Below, piece by piece: positions 1 to 6,751 of a DNA stretch of 45,565 bases. The stretch lies in UHGV virus genome UHGV-1357383; one strand, written 5' to 3'. Under the pieces are notes generated by a model. It saw only the letters and a program-made list of their open reading frames with translations, did no database searches and had not been told where the DNA came from. Source of the stretch: a virus. Within the stretch, counting starts at the first letter, position 1. The number at the start of each line of letters is the position of its first letter. The translations under genes and the position numbers were made by a program.

Positions 1-58
1 GGCAGAGCAGGCAGAGCAGGCAGAGCAGGCAGAGCAGGCAGAGCAGGCAGAGCAGCAG
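1..58. repeat. 9-nt tandem repeat GCAGAGCAG (about 6.5 units) coding (Ala-Glu-Gln)n; the same repeat ends the window
   Basis: Direct reading gives period 9 from nt 2 to 55. The identical unit is present at 45531-45565. Confidence 0.9.
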
Positions 59-94
59 GAAGAATCTGCCAGCAAATCGAAGAAGGCGAAATAA
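1..94 (+). CDS. 3' part of the AEQ-repeat protein gene (continuation of the ORF that runs off the window end)
   Basis: The frame starting at nt 2 reads (AEQ)6 QEESASKSKKAK then stop TAA at 92-94. It continues the frame of the 45348 ORF if the molecule is circular. Confidence 0.6.
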   Translation, partial: AEQAEQAEQAEQAEQAEQQEESASKSKKAK

Positions 95-96
95 CC

Positions 97-477
97 ATGG
101 CTGACCCAATCACAGCGGCAGACGTGCAGGCGTTCCTCGGTGAATTGGGTTACTCCATCCCGGCCGCTCTGCTCGATCCGATTCTCTGCGTGGTGAACAA
201 GATTATCCCGTGCCTCGATGGTGCGGGATATGACGACTGCACGGCAAAGCTCATTCTGATGTATGCCGCTGCGCTCATGGCGACGTCTTCCGGTGCCCGG
301 CGAATAAAATCGCAAGGGGCGCCATCAGGAGCGTCGCGCTCGTTCGACTACGGTGACGATAGCATCACCTGGCTGCGTGACTCGCTGGCGAACCTGGATA
401 CCAGCGGCTGCACCAGTGAACTACCGATCAGCGCCGGCAACAGTGTGGGCCTGTTTATGGTGGTCGGGGGCTGCTAA
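97..477 (+). CDS. Head-tail connector / DNA-packaging gp6-like protein (126 aa)
   Basis: ORF lies directly downstream of the capsid-region genes. Its N-terminus (MADPITAADVQAFLG...) resembles gp6-like head-tail connector proteins. Its stop overlaps the next start (TAATG). Confidence 0.5.
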   Translation: MADPITAADVQAFLGELGYSIPAALLDPILCVVNKIIPCLDGAGYDDCTAKLILMYAAALMATSSGARRIKSQGAPSGASRSFDYGDDSITWLRDSLANLDTSGCTSELPISAGNSVGLFMVVGGC

Positions 478-650
478 TGGCGTGGGTTTCAGTTCATCAA
501 CGGCTGCCGCGAACGTTTACCCGGGTGTGGGTGATCACCGATACCGGCGAGCAAACGACGGCGTACGTGAAAAGCGACGGCGAGTGGTTCATTAACTGCG
601 ACCGCATACGCGCCACAGGCGCCGCTGTGCTGCGATGGAGGGATGACTGA
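477..650 (+). CDS. Small structural-module ORF (57 aa), translationally coupled
   Basis: ATG at 477 overlaps the upstream stop (TAATG) and its TGA overlaps the ATG at 650 (TGATG). Not in the ORF track because it is under 60 aa. Confidence 0.35.
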   Translation: MAWVSVHQRLPRTFTRVWVITDTGEQTTAYVKSDGEWFINCDRIRATGAAVLRWRDD

Positions 651-1012
651 TGTCGGCAACCGCTAATTGGTCATACACCGCGACGGCGACAATCTGGCGG
701 CGCATACGCGATGCCGACGGTAGCGATACCGACGGCGGAGGTCAGCCGTATGGGTGGGAAGCGCCGATCGCTGTCCTCTGCGACTACCAGGGCGGACTCT
801 CTGCAAAAATCGGTGACCTTGGCCGGGAGCTCGTTGTTAAAAACACGATATGGACCGAGTACGCAACGGCGCGGGAGGGAGATTACATCCTGATTGGCGC
901 TTCGACCGATGCAGCACCGCCGGATGAGGCCGACGAGATACGGCAGATCGTCCAGTTCGCAGATACGTTCGAGCGACTGGCGGACGATTTCGCACTGATT
1001 ACGGGAGTCTGA
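650..1012 (+). CDS. Head-tail joining / head closure-like protein (120 aa)
   Basis: Position in the connector gene series and translational coupling. No strong motif. Confidence 0.4.
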   Translation: MSATANWSYTATATIWRRIRDADGSDTDGGGQPYGWEAPIAVLCDYQGGLSAKIGDLGRELVVKNTIWTEYATAREGDYILIGASTDAAPPDEADEIRQIVQFADTFERLADDFALITGV

Positions 1013-1014
1013 TT

Positions 1015-1383
1015 ATGGGCGCTAAAGTTCGCGGCATCCGCCAGGCCAAGGCCAACCTCGATCGCATCATCAAAGACGTCCAGGGGCGTAAAGTCGTGCG
1101 AGCAATTCAGTCTGCGATGCTTATCGGCAGCGGGCAGGCCGCTCTTTACACTCCGATCGATACGTCGACGCTCATCAACAGCCAGTTCCGCGAAATCATG
1201 GCTAACGGTACCAGGGTAACCGGGCGCGTCGGTTACTCGGCGTCTTATGCTACCTACGTGCATGACCCAAACATTCCTCAAAACTTTAGGCGAGCAACAG
1301 CAAGGAAAGAATTTCTTTCCAAAGGGTTTGAGGATACGAAAGGCGCCATAGATATGGTGATAAAAAAAGAATTGTCGCTTTGA
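1015..1383 (+). CDS. HK97 gp10-like tail component protein (122 aa)
   Basis: Motif GYSASYATYVHD resembles the HK97 gp10 family. Positioned before the major tail gene. Confidence 0.55.
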   Translation: MGAKVRGIRQAKANLDRIIKDVQGRKVVRAIQSAMLIGSGQAALYTPIDTSTLINSQFREIMANGTRVTGRVGYSASYATYVHDPNIPQNFRRATARKEFLSKGFEDTKGAIDMVIKKELSL

Positions 1384-1387
1384 TTTT

Positions 1388-1483
1388 GGTATAATTTATA
1401 AGCGCCTAGGGTAGCTCCCGAAAAGGCGGAACGTAGACCGCTCTGGCGCACCAACCATCTACGGAACCTGCTACGAGGTTTAT
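1388..1483 (+). promoter_or_regulatory. Extended -10 promoter (TGGTATAAT) plus conserved structured 85-nt leader of HNH cassette copy 1
   Basis: TGnTATAAT at 1388-1396. The downstream 85 nt are about 96% identical to 4041-4124. Confidence 0.5.
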
Positions 1484-2023
1484 ATGAAATGCAACGATAA
1501 CATTCCTATTGATTTCTGGAGAGAGTGCTTATCCTATGATGCTGAGAATGGTGTTCTTTATTGGAAAGCTCGCCCATTAGATCACTTCATGACAAGCCAA
1601 TCCTGTGCAACATGGAATAAGCGATTTGCTGGAAAACCAGCGGGCTCTCCCAATAATCAACAATACATTCATATAGGGATGCGAAATAAATTATATAAAG
1701 CTCACCGGATTATTTGGGCTTTATATTATGGTGAATATCCTCACTCCCTTATAGATCATGTCAATGGGAATAGGCAGGATAACAGAATCGAAAACCTCAG
1801 AGTCGTCAGCTCATCCGAAAACTGCCAAAACCAGAAGCTACGAATCACTAGTACCAGCGGGTGCGTTGGCGTGGCTAAATGTAATAGTGGTTTCAGGAGT
1901 TACATTCAGGTGAACGGAAGACGGGTTCACTTGGGGGTATACCAAAGCGTAGAAGAGGCTTTCGCTGTAAGAAAAGAAGCCGAATCAAGGTATGGATACC
2001 ATGAGAACCATGGACGGAAATAA
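1484..2023 (+). CDS. HNH endonuclease with C-terminal AP2-like DNA-binding domain (homing endonuclease-like, 179 aa)
   Basis: HNH_3 motif IDHVNGNRQDNRIENLR. AP2-like GVAKCNSGFRSYIQVNGRRVHLGVYQSVEEA. AT-rich relative to flanks. Confidence 0.8.
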   Translation: MKCNDNIPIDFWRECLSYDAENGVLYWKARPLDHFMTSQSCATWNKRFAGKPAGSPNNQQYIHIGMRNKLYKAHRIIWALYYGEYPHSLIDHVNGNRQDNRIENLRVVSSSENCQNQKLRITSTSGCVGVAKCNSGFRSYIQVNGRRVHLGVYQSVEEAFAVRKEAESRYGYHENHGRK

Positions 2024-2029
2024 CAAAAT

Positions 2030-2052
2030 AGGTCGCCACGGCGGCCTTTTTT
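2030..2052 (+). terminator. Intrinsic terminator hairpin aggtcgcc-ac-ggcggcct followed by TTTTTTAAT
   Basis: GC stem plus T6 run directly after the HNH gene. Confidence 0.5.
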
Positions 2053-2064
2053 AATGGGGTTTTT

Positions 2065-2448
2065 ATGACACCACCGATGTATATGCGCCTCAAAGACCTG
2101 TTTGTGGCTGAGGGGCTTACCGCAGCGTTTAAGGTCCAGTGGAGGCAATGGCGCGATACCGGGAAAGACACGGACCAGTTCATCGTGTTCAGGCCTTCCG
2201 GCGGCACCAATATCACCTTCGACCTTGGCGGCGACTGGTATGTGATGGTTGATGTGATCTCCTCGAAGGCGAATCCCGATGCTGCTGACGCCGCGGTAAA
2301 CGCCATTGTCGAGTACATCAGCGCGCAATCCGGCGCCGATGATTGCGTTGGCGCGCTGCAGCTTGTTGGCAATGTCCCGGCTCCGATCCCCACCGAAGAG
2401 GGCCGATTAGTAACCCGGCTACTCGTCTCCTGCACATACGGCGAATAA
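2065..2448 (+). CDS. Putative tail completion / terminator protein (127 aa)
   Basis: Position between head-tail joining genes and the major tail gene. No decisive motif. Confidence 0.4.
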   Translation: MTPPMYMRLKDLFVAEGLTAAFKVQWRQWRDTGKDTDQFIVFRPSGGTNITFDLGGDWYVMVDVISSKANPDAADAAVNAIVEYISAQSGADDCVGALQLVGNVPAPIPTEEGRLVTRLLVSCTYGE

Positions 2449-2466
2449 TCGTCAGAATCACCCATC

Positions 2467-2492
2467 AGGCTGCCATATGGCGGCCTTTTTTA
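2467..2492 (+). terminator. Intrinsic terminator hairpin aggctgcc-atat-ggcggcct plus TTTTTTAAT
   Basis: Paralog of the 2030 hairpin. Lies 15 nt upstream of the major tail gene start. Confidence 0.5.
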
Positions 2493-2506
2493 ATTGAGAG
2501 GCATAC

Positions 2507-3271
2507 ATGCAAGGCTGCGCTAATGACACCGGCAAGCTGATTGGTAAGGTGGCCGTGCTCCGCATGGCTTTTGGCTGTGCTGATACGGTTCCTGCGCTTT
2601 CCGAATGGAAGCGACTCGGCGCCATGACCACCAAGGGCTTCGACTACTCCATGAATACCGTCACCTCTGAGGCTGACGATACGAAAGGTATGGTTGAGAA
2701 CCTGGTCAACAATATGGACGTCACCATCTCCGGAGAAGGTGAATTCCGTAAAAAAGACAAGACGACTGAAGTTGGCGCTATTGCCATCTCGAAATATATT
2801 TTCGATGAAGTTCAGGCTGGTCGTCAGCCGACAGTCTGGGTCCGCTTCGACTTCACTGGTGAAGACGCTGGCACTTATATCATGGGCTACTTTAACACCA
2901 CCTCCTGGTCTGGTGATTTCGGCACCACGGATATTTCGACCTTCTCCGGGGAATGGAAAGTCTACGATGCCGATACTGTCGTCTTTGAAGTTGCCGGCCC
3001 GGCGCTGGCGTTCACCACCAACCTGCCGACGACCAAGAGCGTGACGGCCGGATCGGCTCTGACTATGTCTGTAGTGGTTGAGGGTGGCACTTCACCTTAC
3101 ACCTACGTCTGGAAGAAAGACGGCACGGTTGTCAGCGGGCAAACAACGGCGACCTTCAACAAGGCCAGCGCTGTTTCTGGTGATGCCGGGGTTTATACCT
3201 GTGAAGTCACCGATTCTTCCGCGACACCAGTCAAGATCACGTCTGCGTCCTGTGCGGTCACCATCAGTTAA
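2507..3271 (+). CDS. Major tail protein with C-terminal Ig-like (Big_2-like) domain (254 aa)
   Basis: N-terminus typical of phage major tail protein 2 family (GKLIGKVAVL...FGCADTVPALSEWKRLGAMTTKGFD). C-terminal TAGSALTMSVVVEGGTSPYTYVWKKDG...GVYTCEVTD matches an Ig-like fold pattern. Confidence 0.7.
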   Translation: MQGCANDTGKLIGKVAVLRMAFGCADTVPALSEWKRLGAMTTKGFDYSMNTVTSEADDTKGMVENLVNNMDVTISGEGEFRKKDKTTEVGAIAISKYIFDEVQAGRQPTVWVRFDFTGEDAGTYIMGYFNTTSWSGDFGTTDISTFSGEWKVYDADTVVFEVAGPALAFTTNLPTTKSVTAGSALTMSVVVEGGTSPYTYVWKKDGTVVSGQTTATFNKASAVSGDAGVYTCEVTDSSATPVKITSASCAVTIS

Positions 3272-3338
3272 CCCCCAGACTATTTCGTGAATAGTACAAA
3301 GGGCGTTCTGCGCCCTTGATACTGTTTATGGAGCGACT

Positions 3339-4055
3339 ATGACCCCGATTAAAGAATTAGGCGAATGCGTTATCGGTACCGGTGAACGGGAATTCTTTTT
3401 CCGACCGTCGTTTCGCAACATGGCGCGAATCGGTGATCCAGAGGAAATTGTCCAGGCGTTCTATGACCTGTGCAATGACGAGGCGACGCCATTCGCGCAG
3501 CGCGCAGCTGAGGCCTATATCCGCGATGAGTACAGCCGAATTCCTGATTGCGTCCTGCGGTTTATGCAAAGCGGGCTCCTGTCACGCAAAGCGATCATGG
3601 CCGCACATACGGTACTGACAGTTTGCTGTGACGATGATATCGGCGATCTGGTTGGATGGATGAAGCCGGGGAAATCACGTAAGCGTGGCTTTGTATGGCG
3701 CCCGGGCAGCATGCCGCCGGAAAGTATGGTTATCGTCGCGCAAAACCTGATGATGCACGGCATCATCGGCAAAGCGAAGGTGCGTAAGCTGCAGCGTTAC
3801 GAAACGAATGAGACAACCGCAGAATTCCGCGCAGCTGACTACATCATGGCGGCCCGCAACCATTTCGGCATAAGCCGGGAAGAGGCCGAGAACCTCACGA
3901 TGACAGAGTTCGCCATGATGATTAACGCCAAATACCCCAATCAGAACGGCTTCACCAGAGAGGAGTTTGACTCCGTAATGAGTGAAGATGATAAGCGCTG
4001 GAATGCAATGCTTGCAGCTGAAGAAGCTGGTAAAATGAACAAGCGCCTAGGGTAG
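3339..4055 (+). CDS. Tail assembly chaperone (G/GT position, 238 aa)
   Basis: Lies between the major tail and tape measure genes. Last codons (AGKMNKRLG*) are supplied by the HNH cassette promoter/leader repeat. Confidence 0.45.
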   Translation: MTPIKELGECVIGTGEREFFFRPSFRNMARIGDPEEIVQAFYDLCNDEATPFAQRAAEAYIRDEYSRIPDCVLRFMQSGLLSRKAIMAAHTVLTVCCDDDIGDLVGWMKPGKSRKRGFVWRPGSMPPESMVIVAQNLMMHGIIGKAKVRKLQRYETNETTAEFRAADYIMAARNHFGISREEAENLTMTEFAMMINAKYPNQNGFTREEFDSVMSEDDKRWNAMLAAEEAGKMNKRLG

Positions 4056-4124
4056 CTCCCAAAAAGGCGGAACGTAGACCGCTCTGGCGCACCAACCATC
4101 TACGGAGCCTGCTACGAGGTTTGT
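4027..4124 (+). promoter_or_regulatory. Extended -10 promoter (TGGTAAAAT) plus conserved leader of HNH cassette copy 2
   Basis: Near-identical to 1388-1483 (3 mismatches in the 85-nt leader). Overlaps the end of the chaperone ORF. Confidence 0.5.
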
Positions 4125-4712
4125 ATGAAAGAAATCGATATTGGTTATCTGAAGTGCATTCTAGACTACTGCCCTTCGACAGGAGTATTTACTTGGAAGA
4201 AAAGGGCGAGGGAAGAATTCTCGTCACAAAGAGCGCATAGTACTTTTAACGCTAAGTTCGCGGGTAAGCAGTGCGGCTCATTAACTAATAAATATCTGAC
4301 AATCAGGATAAACAATAGCCTCTACTATAGCCATAGATTGGCGTGGGCTATGCATTATGGCGAGTGGCCAGTCGGTGATGTGGACCATATCAATATGGAC
4401 AAAACTGATAATCGGATCTCGAATCTTCGGCTTGCCAGAAGGCGAGATAACATGAATAACCTTACTGCCACAAAGTCAAATAAGAGTGGGTTTATTGGGG
4501 TGTACTGGGCTAAAAGAGAGCGGAAGTGGGTCTCAGGAATCACCATCGACTATAAGTTTCACCATCTTGGTTACTTTGATGACCCTGTCTCAGCAGCAAA
4601 CGCCTATAACGCAGCATGCGAAAAGGCAAACGGCCGATTCTCGAAAGAAAAAATCAAGCATAATCTTAAAAAAATGGAGTTGTTTCAATGTATTGGAGAA
4701 AGATGTTTGTGA
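4125..4712 (+). CDS. HNH endonuclease with AP2-like domain, paralog 2 (195 aa)
   Basis: VDHINMDKTDNRISNLR HNH motif. AP2-like SGFIGVYWAKRERKWVSGITIDYKFHHLGYFDDPVSAANAY. Roughly 35-40% identical to copy 1. Confidence 0.8.
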   Translation: MKEIDIGYLKCILDYCPSTGVFTWKKRAREEFSSQRAHSTFNAKFAGKQCGSLTNKYLTIRINNSLYYSHRLAWAMHYGEWPVGDVDHINMDKTDNRISNLRLARRRDNMNNLTATKSNKSGFIGVYWAKRERKWVSGITIDYKFHHLGYFDDPVSAANAYNAACEKANGRFSKEKIKHNLKKMELFQCIGERCL

Positions 4713-4803
4713 TGAAACGGGAAATGGCATGTTTACAATAAAGTGATTTACATGCCGTTTTAAACGTTTGATATACAAGCTATAACTATTTAGGTGGCTG
4801 AAA

Positions 4804-5382
4804 TTATTTAAATTTTTTACTAGATTCTTCTATCCAGTTCTCATAAAAGGCAATCCCCGCCCTTGCAAGATCAACAGGTTTAGTGGATGTTATTGGGTTT
4901 CCTAGATGACTATTCGGCGGGTCATACGTACCACTTCTACTCGTTACGGCTATTGCTTCAATTGATTCAGGATGGAACTGTATCAAGGCAGGGGCACCTT
5001 CAAAATGCATATTACCAAAACCATCTATACTTAGGTTCTTGATATATAGAGATTTTGAGCCTGGAGCAGGGTCGATTGTGGTGCTAGCTGGAACTTTCTT
5101 AGATATGTCGCCTATGGTATGGTTGTCGCAGTCTCGCGCTTGTTTAATGTAGCGTAGTAAATCATCGCTACCTTTTATCGCATATTCTTTTGAGAATGCA
5201 TTTGTAAACTGTCCCTTTACTGGGTTGATTGCATTGAGAAGTTTCGTAAATGATTTTTCTATATGATTTAAGCAGTCTCGCCAAAGCTGCTCCATGTCAT
5301 CAAAGTTAGTAGACGACTCCATTTCTGAAATGCATTTCTTGGCTGCTTTTATTTCTTTTCTTGCTGGGTTGTAGTCAATCAT
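4804..5382 (-). CDS. Hypothetical protein (192 aa), minus-strand moron within the tail module
   Basis: Long ORF with ATG start opposite to the late operon. AT-rich island. Divergent intergenic region 5383-5597. Confidence 0.5.
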   Translation of the reverse strand: MIDYNPARKEIKAAKKCISEMESSTNFDDMEQLWRDCLNHIEKSFTKLLNAINPVKGQFTNAFSKEYAIKGSDDLLRYIKQARDCDNHTIGDISKKVPASTTIDPAPGSKSLYIKNLSIDGFGNMHFEGAPALIQFHPESIEAIAVTSRSGTYDPPNSHLGNPITSTKPVDLARAGIAFYENWIEESSKKFK

Positions 5383-5597
5383 CGTTGCTCCTTAATGTAG
5401 ATCTGTAGAGTCTGTTAATTGTTTGAATTTTAATGTAATAGGTGTTGGCTTTAGTGCGCAAGATAGCTAAGCCTTCACGTATCCATTAGATTAACTCAGC
5501 AACGAGAAGACGAAAATACTGATAAACGATCAGGTGGTTTTGTCGTTCCCTCGTATCCCTGCTAATCTGTCCAAAACTAACCAGTGGGGATAGGGAT

Positions 5598-5939
5598 ATG
5601 ACAGAAGACGAGTGGCTCGAAGGTCTTCGTGGGCTGCCTGATGATGTGATTTTAAAGATCCACTTTGACCTTCAAGAGAAAATTAAGAAGCACTATAAAC
5701 TGCGCGATTCTGGCAAGAACCTCGAGAAGGCAATCCATTACTGCCAACAGCAAATAGCCCTTGCCCCATTAGCTATGTCTGCCATGAAGAAAAATCCAGG
5801 CATGTACGATAATGGGCAATTCTTTGCCCCTGGACATCATGGTTACAGGCAATACGCGACGATCCTCAAGAAGCAGAAGGACACAGCCGGCCTGGATGCT
5901 CTCCTTAAAAAGAAAAAGGCGGAAGGATGGGCAGACTAA
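5598..5939 (+). CDS. Hypothetical cytoplasmic protein (113 aa)
   Basis: ATG preceded by GGGGATAGGGAT, the same context as the next gene. Lysine-rich C-terminus. Confidence 0.5.
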   Translation: MTEDEWLEGLRGLPDDVILKIHFDLQEKIKKHYKLRDSGKNLEKAIHYCQQQIALAPLAMSAMKKNPGMYDNGQFFAPGHHGYRQYATILKKQKDTAGLDALLKKKKAEGWAD

Positions 5940-5989
5940 AGATGTTTGGTTTGCTACGATTTTCTTACTTTTACTGATGGGGATAGGGA

Positions 5990-6680
5990 TATGAGGTGTT
6001 TTGTTGCGCTTATTTTTTTAATGGCATCTGGCGTGGTTGTGGCTAATGAAAAGCTTTTTTGTGAGTTTGCAGTTGGGGAGCTATCTTCATCTCCAGCTCT
6101 TCTCATTAAAGGCAATGCTAATGTGATGTTCGACGGAAAATCTTTTACAGCATATAGAACAGACGGCTCTTATATAGTAAGCCCACCACTGACTGAAAAG
6201 AAAGACGGTATGATTTTCGTTGATGATAAAACAAAGGTATTTGCCGCTAGCCAGGACAAATCTAACTTTGCAGTATCAGATAGGATAAAAAAAACCATAG
6301 AGCAATGGTCTAAATGCGAAGTAGATAAGGCGTCAGCTCAGCAAAAACAAGCAGAAGATGAAATGAGGGTAGTCGAAAGCCTTTCTGGAACCAAAGCCAA
6401 AGATTTCTTTATGAAAGAAAAACATGCCTTCACTACCAATTGCTTGGTATGGGAGGATGTTACAATGATCACTGGCCGCTATCCCGCCATGGTAATCGCA
6501 GGAAGTGTTATGATGGGTAAAAATCCTCGCTGGGATGGAAGAGAATACTCATTCTCCTTCAATAACGGAACGATGGTAGCAAGGTTTGTACCATCTGAGC
6601 CGAGACATAAATTCGTCATGCAAGCCGGTGATAAGTTTTATGGTTGCGGGCCATCAATGGTAGACCATAATTACGATTAA
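5990..6680 (+). CDS. Secreted/periplasmic hypothetical protein with N-terminal signal peptide (about 229 aa)
   Basis: ATG at 5990 preceded by GGGGATAGGGAT. N-terminus MRCFVALIFLMASGVVVANE looks like a Sec signal. The ORF track starts earlier at 5946 with a non-ATG start. Confidence 0.55.
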
Positions 6681-6708
6681 GAAAGAAGTAGTAACAAGAC
6701 GAAAACAT

Positions 6709-6734
6709 AACCTCGCTCCGGCGAGGTTTTTTAT
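6709..6734 (+). terminator. Intrinsic terminator aacctcgc-tccg-gcgaggtt plus TTTTTTATTGCC
   Basis: Perfect 8-bp GC-rich stem with a T-run. Ends the island before the tape measure gene. Confidence 0.6.
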
Positions 6735-6751
6735 TGCCTGGAGAAAAGCAA

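Noticed and set aside
1-58. Tandem 9-nt repeats as a CRISPR array or minisatellite outside genes
   Set aside because: Period 9 with no spacers. Sits in frame inside an ORF and encodes (AEQ)n, so it is a coding VNTR, not CRISPR.
353-595. 80-aa ORF in an alternative frame overlapping the connector gene and the small coupled ORF
   Set aside because: Arg/Trp-rich low-complexity translation. Overlaps two coupled, better-supported genes. Typical GC-rich spurious frame.
883-2465. Minus-strand ORFs (883-1281, 1893-2465, 1927-2328) antisense to structural genes
   Set aside because: Antisense to coupled late-operon genes. No RBS or start context. Expected from GC-rich coding DNA.
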